Of a stretch of 64,000 nt of DNA, positions 9,139-17,510 are shown piece by piece. Under the pieces are notes generated by a model. The model had not been told where the DNA came from, did not search any database, and was given only the letters and a program-made list of their open reading frames with translations. How positions within the stretch are numbered: the first letter of the stretch is position 1; each line of letters begins with the position of its first letter. Source of the DNA: an uncultured Acidobacteriota bacterium. Lineage in GTDB: Bacteria > Acidobacteriota > Vicinamibacteria > Vicinamibacterales > UBA2999. The stretch covers positions 1,033,017 through 1,097,016 of the forward strand of contig CAVUIM010000004.1 of NCBI GenBank assembly GCA_963741665.1. Reading direction: 5' to 3'. The position numbers were made by a program, and so were the translations under genes.

Positions 9139-9948
9139 CTACGCCGCCTTCTTCGAATGCAGCGAGAACGCCGCGCCCTGCGGGTCGAGGCAGTTCACGA
9201 TGCGGTCGCCGCCCGGCACTTCCATCGGGCCGTTGAGGATTTGGCCGCCGCCGGCCTTCACGCGCGGTACCGCGGCGTCGAGGTCGGCGACGCGGAAGTA
9301 GAGGCCCCAGTTGGGCGGCACCTGCGCCATGTCGGGCGCCTTGTTCATCATGCCGCCGAGCGGGCCGAGATGACGGCCGAACATGTGGTATTTGCCCATC
9401 GGGCCCATGTCCATGGCTTCGCCGGGCTGCCAGCCGAACATCTTCTGGTAGAACTGCAGCGCCGCGGGCGCGTCGGTGGTCATCAGTTCGATCCACGACA
9501 CCTCGCCCGGCTCGGCCGGCGCTTCCGGCCCCGGCGGCGACGCCGGCTCGTAGATCGAGAAGGCGGCGCCCTGCGGGTCGCGCATCGCCTGCATCCGGCC
9601 GATACCCGGCACTTCCATCAGCTCCGCCAGCGGGCTGCCGCCCAGTCCGGCCACCTCGGCGGCGGCCGGCTCGACCTTGTCGACGCCCACGTACATGCCC
9701 CAATGGGGCGGAACGCCGTGCTGCGTCAGCTCCGGCGGCAGGGTCATCGCCCCGGCCACCGGAACCTCGCCGGCGCGCGTGAACATCGAGTACGGCATGC
9801 CGAGGTCGCCGAACGGCGTGATCGTCCAGCCGACCACCGCGGTGTAGAACTTCTCGGCCGCGACCAGGTCGCTGGTCATCAACTCGAACCACATCAGCCG
9901 GCCGCGCAGCGGGGCGTCACTCATCACGTCCTCCAGGGTCACGGGCAC
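9139..9948 (-). CDS. VOC (glyoxalase/bleomycin-resistance/dioxygenase) family protein, two tandem domains
   Basis: 269 aa. Repeated motif WFELMTSD...FY..V.GW and WIELMTTD...FYQKMFGW, typical of tandem VOC modules. Alternative start MSDAP at 9924. Confidence 0.8.
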   Translation of the reverse strand: MPVTLEDVMSDAPLRGRLMWFELMTSDLVAAEKFYTAVVGWTITPFGDLGMPYSMFTRAGEVPVAGAMTLPPELTQHGVPPHWGMYVGVDKVEPAAAEVAGLGGSPLAELMEVPGIGRMQAMRDPQGAAFSIYEPASPPGPEAPAEPGEVSWIELMTTDAPAALQFYQKMFGWQPGEAMDMGPMGKYHMFGRHLGPLGGMMNKAPDMAQVPPNWGLYFRVADLDAAVPRVKAGGGQILNGPMEVPGGDRIVNCLDPQGAAFSLHSKKAA

Positions 9949-10046
9949 ACGGGCAGTGCCTTCGCCACTTTATAGTCCGGCCCGCACCGTTCCTGTACGA
10001 CGATAGGGTGACGAGCAGATGAATCGTGGGACGAGTGCCGGGTCGC

Positions 10047-12452
10047 CTACGACTCTCGGAGCGCCACCATCGGGTCGACGCGGGCCGTCCGCAGCGCCGG
10101 CAACAGCCCGGCGGCGATGCCGGCGGTGAAGAGCACGCCGGCAGCGGCTGCGAAGGACGGCAGGTCGAAGGGCCCCACCCCGTAGAGGACGCCGGCCAGC
10201 GACCGGGCCAGGAGCACCGCCGCCACCAGCCCGACGGCGCCGCCGGTGGCCACCAGCGCCACGCTGCGCCGCATCACCAGCGCCACGGTGTCGCCGCCCG
10301 AGGCGCCGAGCGCCAGCCGCAGGCCGATCTCCTTGGTGCGCTCGCTGACCGAATAGGACAGCACGCCGTAGATGCCGAGCGCCGCCAGCAGCAACGCCGC
10401 CAGCGCGAACAACCCCAGCAGGGTCGTGCTGAGCCGCGGCAGGAACACCGCCCGCGCCAGGATCTGGTCGACCGTGCTCAGCTCGTAGATCGGCTGCTGC
10501 GGATCGACCTCCCAGATCACCCGCTGGATGGCGCCGGCGAGCGCGGACGGATCCCGCTCGGTGCGGGCCACCAGCGCCATGCCGGCCGAGGGACTCTGCC
10601 GCATCGGCAGGTAGACCTGCTTCTTCGGCTCGCTCTCGAGCCCCTGGTTGCGGACGTCGCCGACGACCCCGACGACCTCGCTCTTGCCGTGCGGGTTCTG
10701 GATGATCTGGCCGAGCGGACTGCGATCGGGAAAGTAGCGGCGGGCCATCGTCTGGTTGATGACGCTGGTGCGCGGGCCGGTCTCGACGTCGCGCTCGTCG
10801 AGGAACCGGCCTTCGAGCAACGGGATCTTCATCGTCGCGAAGTAGCCGGGGGCGACGATGCGGACGTCGGCGAGGGGGTCCTCGGTGGCCGGCGGCGGGT
10901 GCCCGGCGACGCTGAACGGCAGCGCGCCGGCGGCGCCGACGTTGTGGAGCGGCATCGCCGACACGGCCGAGGCGCTGGTCACGCCGGGGGCCCGGCGCAG
11001 CCGCTCGACGACGTCTTCATAGAATCGGGCCAGGGCCGGGCGCTGGCTGTATTTCGTCGTCGGCAGCAGCACCCGCGCCGCCACCAGGTTGGTGGCGTCG
11101 AAGCCTGGGCTCACCTGCAGCAGCTTCTGGAAGCTGCGGGTCATCAGCCCGGCACCGACGAGCAGCACCAGGGCCAGGGCCACTTCGACGACGACGAGCG
11201 CGCTCAGCACGCGGCTGGCGTAGGGGCTGCCGGTGGCGCCGGACCCGTCGTGCATCCGCTGGCGCAGATCGCTGGCGGCGCGCAGCGCCGGCAACATGCC
11301 GAACAGCACCGCCACCGCCATCGACACCCCGGTGGCGAAGGCCAGCACCCCGCCATCGAGCTCGAGCCGATCCAGACGCGGGAGCTGCCCTTCCGGCAGC
11401 GAGGCGAGCAGGCGCAGCCCGCCGACCGCGACGGCGACGCCGAGGATCCCGCCGCCGGCGGCGAGCAGCGCCGACTCGGCGAGGATCGGGCGCGCCACTT
11501 CCCAGCGGCCGGCGCCGAGCGCGCCGCGCACCGCGATCTCGCGCCGCCGGCTCGACAGCCGTGCCAGCAGCAGGTTGGCCATGTTCGCGCACACGATGAG
11601 CAGCAGGAACGCGACGGCGCCCATCAGCACCAGCAACGCCGGCCGCGACGCGGCGACCAGCTGTTCGTGCGCGGCGACGACCCTGGCGCTCCACCCGGCG
11701 TTGCTGTCGGGATGCGCGGCGGCGATGCGCGCGGCGAGCACCGAGACTTCCTCCTGCGCCTGGGCCATCGACGCGCCGTCGGCCAGCCGGGCGACGACGG
11801 TGAGCGAACGGGCGCGCCGCGACGCGCCGTGCAGGTCCTTCGGGTCGAACGCCAGCGGAGTCCACACCTCGACGGCGGTGGCGGTCGGGAACTCGAATCC
11901 GGGCGGCATCACGCCGACCACCGTGAACGGCACGGCGTCGAGCTGGATCGCCCGGCCGACGACGGTGCGATCGGCGCCGAGGACGCGCGTCCAGAAGCCG
12001 TGGCTCACGACGACGACACGGTCAGCCCCGACGACCGCTTCGTCGGGAACGAACGTACGGCCGAGCGCGGCACTCGCCTTCAACACCGTGAAGAGCGCCG
12101 GCGTTGCCCGCACGCCCGGAACGTTCATCGGGTCGCCAGTACCGGAGTACGAGAAGTCCACCTGGCGGTAGGCCGCCACCGACTCCAGGCTGCGCGCTTC
12201 GCGCGTCCAGTCCTCGAAGGTCGGCACCGACACCCGTTCCTGGCTGCCTTCGGGGTTGAGTTCCCAGAGCACGGCGATCCGCTCGGGCGCGTCGTAGGGC
12301 AGCGGATTCAGCACCACGGCCTTGATCACGCTGAAGATCGCCGTGGTCGCGCCGATGCCGAGCGCCAGGGTCAGCAGCGACACCGCCAGGAACGTCGGCT
12401 GTCGGCGGAGTCCACGGGCGGCGTACCTGAATGCGGAGAGCCAGTCGGCCAT
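10047..12452 (-). CDS. ADOP-family duplicated FtsX/MacB-like ABC permease (orphan, no adjacent PadR or ATPase)
   Basis: ORF 10047..12530, start MADWLSAFRYAARGLRRQPTFLAVSLLTLALGIGATTAIFSV. Two MacB periplasmic-domain plus FtsX modules; second-module hallmark ERTKEIGLRLALGA; C-terminal PALRTARVDPMVALRES. Confidence 0.85.
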   Translation of the reverse strand: MADWLSAFRYAARGLRRQPTFLAVSLLTLALGIGATTAIFSVIKAVVLNPLPYDAPERIAVLWELNPEGSQERVSVPTFEDWTREARSLESVAAYRQVDFSYSGTGDPMNVPGVRATPALFTVLKASAALGRTFVPDEAVVGADRVVVVSHGFWTRVLGADRTVVGRAIQLDAVPFTVVGVMPPGFEFPTATAVEVWTPLAFDPKDLHGASRRARSLTVVARLADGASMAQAQEEVSVLAARIAAAHPDSNAGWSARVVAAHEQLVAASRPALLVLMGAVAFLLLIVCANMANLLLARLSSRRREIAVRGALGAGRWEVARPILAESALLAAGGGILGVAVAVGGLRLLASLPEGQLPRLDRLELDGGVLAFATGVSMAVAVLFGMLPALRAASDLRQRMHDGSGATGSPYASRVLSALVVVEVALALVLLVGAGLMTRSFQKLLQVSPGFDATNLVAARVLLPTTKYSQRPALARFYEDVVERLRRAPGVTSASAVSAMPLHNVGAAGALPFSVAGHPPPATEDPLADVRIVAPGYFATMKIPLLEGRFLDERDVETGPRTSVINQTMARRYFPDRSPLGQIIQNPHGKSEVVGVVGDVRNQGLESEPKKQVYLPMRQSPSAGMALVARTERDPSALAGAIQRVIWEVDPQQPIYELSTVDQILARAVFLPRLSTTLLGLFALAALLLAALGIYGVLSYSVSERTKEIGLRLALGASGGDTVALVMRRSVALVATGGAVGLVAAVLLARSLAGVLYGVGPFDLPSFAAAAGVLFTAGIAAGLLPALRTARVDPMVALRES

Positions 12453-12562
12453 GCAGCGGATTCTACGTCCAGGGCCGTCCGGACGCGACGCCGATGTCAA
12501 CGGCCGCCGCGCCCGGCATCCAAGCGGCACACGGCGTGGTAGAACTGCACTCGGAGGCCACG

Positions 12563-13666
12563 ATGTCGAGCCCGAAGGTCCGCCGTCAGGGCGAGTGGGT
12601 GCCGCTCACCAAGGCCGAGTTTCGCGAGCGCTTCTACGCGCGGTTCTACGATCCCGCGTTCGAGGCGGTGGCGACGGAGCTGGAACGCGTCTTCGAGACG
12701 GCGTGGGAGGGCTACGGCGTCACCTACCGCAAGTCGCCGCGCACAGAGCCCGCCGGTACCGGTTACGCTGACCCGGCGATGGCGCTGCCGGTGGAGTGGG
12801 TCCGCACCCGGGCGGCCATCGCCGCCGCGCAGGCCCGTCAGCAGGATCCGGCCGCTCCGACGCGCATCCTGCTGGTGAACGGCTCGACGCGCAGCCAGCA
12901 CACCTGCCCGGGCGAGATCTCGAAGACGCTGCGACTGGTCCAGCACGCCCGCCAGGTCCTCGAGTCGCTCCCCGGCCACGAGGTGGACGAGCTCGACGTG
13001 TCGGCCCTGGCCGACGAGCCGCTGAAGGTGATCTATCCATGCAAGGCGTGCGTGTCCACGGCGCAACCGCTGTGTCACTGGCCGTGCTCGTGCTATCCCA
13101 ACCACGCGCTCGGTCAGACCGGCGACTGGATGGCGGAGCTGTATCCGCGCTGGGTCGCCGCACACGGCGTGTTCATCGCCTGCCCGGTGCACTGGTATCA
13201 GGCCCCGGCCAGCCTCAAGCTGATGATCGATCGGCTGGTGTGCGCCGACGGCGGCAACCCCGATTTCACCAGCACCGGCGGCAAGGACCCGGCCAAAGCC
13301 AAGGCACTGGAACTTGACGGCTTGCCAGGGCAGGGGCCGGGATGGCACTACCCCAAGCACCTCGCCGGCCGTGCCTTCGCGGTCGTGGCGCACGGCGATG
13401 CGGCGGGGCCGGAGAACCTGCGGCGCATGCTGGTCGACTGGCTCACCGACATCGGCATGGTCCAGGCGGGACCGGCCGCGGCACTCGACACCTGGATCGG
13501 CTGGTATCGTCCCTACGCGACCAGCCACGACGATCTCGACGGCGACGACGCGTTGTTCACGCAGATCGAGCACGCCGCCCGCAGTCTGGTGGCGCTGACC
13601 GCGCAGATCCGCGGCGGCAAGTATCAGGCGCCGAACGCCGGACTGCACAGCCGGCGCGAGAAGTGA
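12563..13666 (+). CDS. flavodoxin-fold NAD(P)H-dependent FMN reductase / iron-sulfur flavoprotein-like protein
   Basis: ORF 12431..13666. The ATG at 12563 is preceded by GGAGG. ILLVNGSTRS (flavodoxin-like P-loop) and a Cys cluster YPCKACVSTAQPLCHWPCSC. Confidence 0.75.
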   Translation: MSSPKVRRQGEWVPLTKAEFRERFYARFYDPAFEAVATELERVFETAWEGYGVTYRKSPRTEPAGTGYADPAMALPVEWVRTRAAIAAAQARQQDPAAPTRILLVNGSTRSQHTCPGEISKTLRLVQHARQVLESLPGHEVDELDVSALADEPLKVIYPCKACVSTAQPLCHWPCSCYPNHALGQTGDWMAELYPRWVAAHGVFIACPVHWYQAPASLKLMIDRLVCADGGNPDFTSTGGKDPAKAKALELDGLPGQGPGWHYPKHLAGRAFAVVAHGDAAGPENLRRMLVDWLTDIGMVQAGPAAALDTWIGWYRPYATSHDDLDGDDALFTQIEHAARSLVALTAQIRGGKYQAPNAGLHSRREK

Positions 13667-13750
13667 GCGGCGGGTCGAACCGGGCACGCACCGAAAAGGG
13701 CGCCTGAGCCCGTCACCTGATCGACCGAATGGCCGGGGTACGATGGGCGC

Positions 13751-15310
13751 ATGGATCCCAGCTCATCCGGCACCGAAAAGCGGCTGCGGCTGCGCCAGCT
13801 CACGATCGACGACTTCGACGCCCTGATCGAGCTGCAGCGGCGCTCGTTCCCGGGCATGGGGGTGTGGATCAGGCCACAGATCGAGAGCCAGCTCCAGACG
13901 TTCCCCGAGGGCCAGATCGTGCTCGACCTCGACGGCCAGATCGTCGCCTCGTCGAGCAGCCTGATCGTCGACGCCTCGGCACATTCCGAGTGGCACGACT
14001 GGAAGGTGATCACCGACAACGGCTACATCCGCAACCACGACCCGCACGGCGACATGCTCTACGGCATCGAGATCATGGTCGACCCGGCCTTCCGCGGCAT
14101 GAAGCTGTCGCGCCGGCTCTACGACGCCCGCCGCCAGCTGGCCCGCGACCGCAACCTGCGCGGCATCATCATCGGCGGCCGCATCCCCGGCTACGGCCAG
14201 CGCGCCGACACGATGTCGGCCAGCGAGTACGTCCAGAAGGTGATCAGCAAGGAGATGACCGACCCGGTGCTGACGCCGCAGCTGTCGAACAACTTCGTGC
14301 TGAAGGGGATCATCCCCAACTACTTCCCGAGCGACCAGGAATCGCGCGGCTACGCCACCTACCTGGAGTGGACCAACCTCGACTACGTGGCGCCGGAGAT
14401 GCGCCAGCAGCTGCGGCGGTCGAGCCCGGTGCGGATCTCGGCGGTGCAGTACCAGATGCGGCGGATCGCCTCGTTCGACGAATTCGCGCGCCAGTGCGAG
14501 TTCTTCGTCGACGTCGCCTCCGACTACACCTCGGACTTCCTGCTGTTCCCGGAGCTGTTCACCACCCAGCTGCTGTCGACGATCCGCGCCGATCGCCCCG
14601 GCCGGTCGGCGCGCATGCTGGCCGAGTTCACCCCGCGCTACAGCGAGCTGTTCCGCGGCCTGGCGCTGAAGTACCACCTCAATATCGTCGGCGGCAGTCA
14701 GTTCGAGCTCGACGGCGATCGACTCTACAACACGGCGTTCCTGTTCCGGCGCGACGGCTCGATCGAACGCCAGCGCAAGCTGCACATCACCCCGCACGAG
14801 CGCAAGTGGTGGGGGGTGCAGCCGGGCCAGCACCTGCAGACGTTCGACACCGACCGCGGCCGCATCGCCGTGCTGGTCGGCTACGACGTGCAGTTTCCGG
14901 AGCTGGCGCGGATCGCCTTCGCGCAGGGCGCGCGGATGCTGTTCGTGCCGTTCAACAGCGACGAACGCAACGACTACCTGCGGATGCGCTATTGCGCCCA
15001 GGCGCGCTGCGTCGAGAACCCGGTGTTCGTGGTGCTGTCGGGATGCGTCGGCAACCTGCCCGACGTCGAGCACGCCGACATCCACTACGCGCAGTCGGCG
15101 ATCCTGGCGCCGTCCGACTTCTACTTCAGCCGCGACGGCGTCGCCGGCGAGTGCCAGCCGAACGTCGAGACGGTGGTCTTCGCCGACGTCGACCTGGAGA
15201 TGCTGCGGCGCCAGCGGCGCAAGGGCACGGTGATGAACTGGGAGGACCGCCGGCGCGACCTCTACACCGTGCACTACACCGCCGAGGGCGCGGCGCTCGA
15301 TCCGGTATAG
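13751..15310 (+). CDS. bifunctional GNAT N-acetyltransferase / carbon-nitrogen hydrolase (nitrilase superfamily) protein
   Basis: 519 aa. N-terminal GNAT motif (MVDPAFRGMKLSRRLYDA). The C-terminal nitrilase-fold has LLFPELF (catalytic Glu context) and VGYDVQFPE. Confidence 0.85.
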   Translation: MDPSSSGTEKRLRLRQLTIDDFDALIELQRRSFPGMGVWIRPQIESQLQTFPEGQIVLDLDGQIVASSSSLIVDASAHSEWHDWKVITDNGYIRNHDPHGDMLYGIEIMVDPAFRGMKLSRRLYDARRQLARDRNLRGIIIGGRIPGYGQRADTMSASEYVQKVISKEMTDPVLTPQLSNNFVLKGIIPNYFPSDQESRGYATYLEWTNLDYVAPEMRQQLRRSSPVRISAVQYQMRRIASFDEFARQCEFFVDVASDYTSDFLLFPELFTTQLLSTIRADRPGRSARMLAEFTPRYSELFRGLALKYHLNIVGGSQFELDGDRLYNTAFLFRRDGSIERQRKLHITPHERKWWGVQPGQHLQTFDTDRGRIAVLVGYDVQFPELARIAFAQGARMLFVPFNSDERNDYLRMRYCAQARCVENPVFVVLSGCVGNLPDVEHADIHYAQSAILAPSDFYFSRDGVAGECQPNVETVVFADVDLEMLRRQRRKGTVMNWEDRRRDLYTVHYTAEGAALDPV

Positions 15311-15344
15311 ACACCTCCAAAGGCCGACATCGGCCTGTGGAGCC

Positions 15345-15434
15345 GCCCCGCCGGAGGCGGGGCAAGGCAACACTGCCCTAGCGAAGCGCAGCCGACCCGG
15401 TTCTGGTGGGCGGTTTGCGGCGGAGCTTCGTCAG
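15345..15434 (+). repeat. structured intergenic repeat, copy 1 (8 bp GC hairpin with GGA loop plus CAACACTGC..CTAGCGA..GC box and distal complement)
   Basis: GCCCCGCC-GGA-GGCGGGGC followed by AAGGCAACACTGCCCTAGCGAAGCGCAGCC. The distal GCTTCG pairs with GCGAAGC. Homologous to 18545..18628. Confidence 0.6.
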
Positions 15435-16274
15435 ATGCCTTTGAGCAGCGACCGCAGGCCGGCGGTGCGCGGCACGACGTCGAGCTTGAACAGCCGGGCG
15501 GCGTTCTCGAACAGCATCGCGTCGCGGTCGGCCGCCGGCAGCGGCAGTTCGTCCATGAACTGCAGGTACGACTCCATCGACGAGATCGGCCAGTCGGTGC
15601 CGTAGAGCACCTTCTGGGGGTTGATCCCCCACGACACCATCTCCTTGAACTGCTGGCGCATGTAGGCCTCGAAGCGATCGGTGAAGTTGCCGAGCACCAG
15701 CCCCGAGATGTCGGTGTAGACGTTGTCGTTCTTGTAGACGACTTCCATGCAGTCGCGGAACCACGGGTTGCCGAGATGGCAGATGAGGAACTTCACCCGC
15801 GGGAAGTCCACCGCCACGTCGTCGACGTGCAGCGGGTGCGAGGTACTTGACCTTGCCGCGCGGCGCGTAGGTGTCGCCGGAGTGGATCATCACCGGCACG
15901 TCGAAGGCTTCAGCCAGCTCATAGGCCGGGGCGAGCTTCGCGTCGGCCGGATAGAAGGGCTCGTAGCCCGGATAGATCTTCAGCGCCTTGATCGCTCCCG
16001 CCTCCAGCAGCCCGCGCAGTTCGTCGAGGTCGTCCGGCGAGAACGCCGTCCACGACAGCCCGGCGACGACGTGGACGTTGGGCAGGTGCGCGGTGGCCTC
16101 GACCACCTCGCGCGTCGACGGCCGGCCCGGTGACACCTTGTACGAGGTGAGCACCAGCGCGGTGTCGACGCGGTTGCGCCGCATCGTGGTCAGCAGGCGG
16201 TCGAGACAGAGCGGAAGGGCGGGGGCGGTTTCGTCTTCGTAGCGGTTGACGTGCGTATGGCAGTCGATGATCAT
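15431..16274 (-). pseudogene. TIM-barrel metal-dependent amidohydrolase, interrupted by a +1 frameshift at ~15842-15846
   Basis: The N-terminal frame (ORF 15378..16274) has MIIDCHTHV...VMIHSGDTYAPRGKVKY. The C-terminal frame (ORF 15431..15817 and upstream) has SHPLHVDDVAVDFPRVKFLICHLGNPW...YGTDWP. The junction AAG TAC [C] TCG CAC has one extra base inside GGTAC. Confidence 0.8.
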
Positions 16275-16282
16275 CCAGCGCT

Positions 16283-16945
16283 CTATTTACGAGTGTAGCG
16301 CGCGATCACCTGCGCGGCCCACTCGCGGCCGCCCAGACCGAAGGCCAGCGCCGCGGCCAGGCAGACGGCGGCGAAGGCGATCTGGAAGCCCGAGACCAGC
16401 ACCTCGCTGCGGATGGTCAACTGCTCGGCGGCCATGAACACCACGAACGCCAGCAGGGCGTAGCGGGTCAGGGCGGCCACCGGGCCGGCCGCCGGCGTGC
16501 CGATGTTGCTCAGGTAGCTGAACACCAGCGCGCCGCCGATGCGGGCGAGCAGTGAGCCGAACACCAGGATGCCCACCGCGACGATGAGATTCGGGATGAA
16601 CTGACCGATGCGTTCCAGCAGCAGCTTGGCCGTCTGAAGGCCCAAGGCGTCGAGCAGAGCCAGGAACACGCCGAGCAGGACCAGCCAGTAGACGGCGCTC
16701 GAGACCAGCGTCACCGCCGTCATCTCGACCCCGCCGCGGACCAGGAAGTCCTCGAATCCAGACCGCTCGGCGAACTCGTCGACCTTCAGCAGGCGCAGCA
16801 CCCGCACCGCGAGCTTGCGCAGGAAGCGGGCCACCAGCCACCCGGCCACCAGGAGCGCCAGGGCCAGCAGCAGGTCTGGCACGACCGTGAGCATCTCGCT
16901 CCACGACTCGCGGAGCGAGGCCAGCAGGGTGCTCGAACCGAACAT
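16283..16945 (-). CDS. membrane protein with conserved TM-helix repeats (MscS-N-terminal-like)
   Basis: ORF 16283..17071; real start MFGSSTLLASL at 16945. The upstream part of the ORF is translation of the heptamer array. Repeated hydrophobic helix plus basic stretch pattern (LLVAGWLVARFLRKLAVRVL). Confidence 0.7.
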   Translation of the reverse strand: MFGSSTLLASLRESWSEMLTVVPDLLLALALLVAGWLVARFLRKLAVRVLRLLKVDEFAERSGFEDFLVRGGVEMTAVTLVSSAVYWLVLLGVFLALLDALGLQTAKLLLERIGQFIPNLIVAVGILVFGSLLARIGGALVFSYLSNIGTPAAGPVAALTRYALLAFVVFMAAEQLTIRSEVLVSGFQIAFAAVCLAAALAFGLGGREWAAQVIARYTRK

Positions 16946-16971
16946 GTGACGGCCTCCTGGGACGGATGGTA

Positions 16972-17027
16972 CCCTGTTCCCTGTTCCCTGTTCCCTGTTC
17001 CCTGTTCCCTGTTCCCTGTTCCCTGTG
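16972..17027 (-). repeat. heptanucleotide tandem array (GGGAACA)x7 plus one degenerate unit (CCCTGTT on + strand)
   Basis: Direct reading gives perfect units at 16972, 16979, 16986, 16993, 17000, 17007 and 17014, then ccctgtg. It fills 56 of the 94 bp between divergent starts 16945(-) and 17040(+). Confidence 0.97.
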
Positions 17028-17039
17028 CATACTGTGCCG

Positions 17040-17447
17040 ATGAACTGGCTGGTCAAGGAAGAGCCGTCCAACTACAACTTCGCGCAGTTCCAGAAGGACC
17101 GCCGCACCACCTGGTCGGGGGTCCGCAATCCGGTCGCCCAGCGCCACCTGCGGTCGATGGCCAAGGGTGACCGCGTGTTCTATTACCACACCGGCAACGA
17201 GAAGGCGGTGGTCGGCACGGCGCGGGTCGCTGCCAGCCCGGCTCCCGATCCGAACGACCCCGACGGCAAGCTCTACGTGGTCGAGCTCGCCTGCGACGCG
17301 CCGCTGCCGGCGCCGGTCACGCTCAAGGCGATCAAGGCCGACGCCCGCTTCGCCGACTTCGCGCTGGTCCGCGTCGCCCGACTCTCGGTGATGCCGGTGA
17401 CCGACGAGCAGTGGCGGTGGATCGAAGGGATGGGGACTGGGGACTAG
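17040..17447 (+). CDS. EVE (PUA-like, DUF55) domain protein
   Basis: MNWLVKEEPSNYNFAQFQKDRRTTWSGVRNPVAQRHLRSMAKGDRVFYYHTG..AVVGTARV is a classic EVE-domain N-terminus. 135 aa. Confidence 0.85.
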   Translation: MNWLVKEEPSNYNFAQFQKDRRTTWSGVRNPVAQRHLRSMAKGDRVFYYHTGNEKAVVGTARVAASPAPDPNDPDGKLYVVELACDAPLPAPVTLKAIKADARFADFALVRVARLSVMPVTDEQWRWIEGMGTGD

Positions 17448-17500
17448 GGACTAGGGACAAGTGCTCTTCCTGGTCCCCGGTCCCCGTGGTCCCCAGTCCC
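17427..17500. repeat. inverted pair of heptamer arrays (GGGGACT/AGGGACT units facing GGTCCCC units) forming a long imperfect hairpin
   Basis: GGGATGGGGACTGGGGACTAGGGACTAGGGAC, a 13 nt spacer, then GGTCCCCGGTCCCCGTGGTCCCCAGTCCC. The left arm overlaps the EVE stop codon (17445..17447). Confidence 0.85.
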
Positions 17501-17510
17501 TTCGTGACTC

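Noticed and set aside
10026-12542. 838 aa plus-strand ORF, and similar long ORFs 13763..15373(-), 23865..26024(-), 28169..30079(+), 48264..50360(-), 60465..62249(-), 62253..63713(-)
   Set aside because: Each is antisense to a gene with clear family motifs. Their composition is dominated by Arg, Gly, Ala and Pro, with no recognisable domains. This is typical of stop-codon-poor GC-rich antisense frames.
16972-17027. Heptamer arrays (also 17427, 36417, 60335) considered as CRISPR arrays
   Set aside because: The units are 7 nt and directly abutting with no spacers, and there are no cas genes. They are microsatellite-type tandem repeats.
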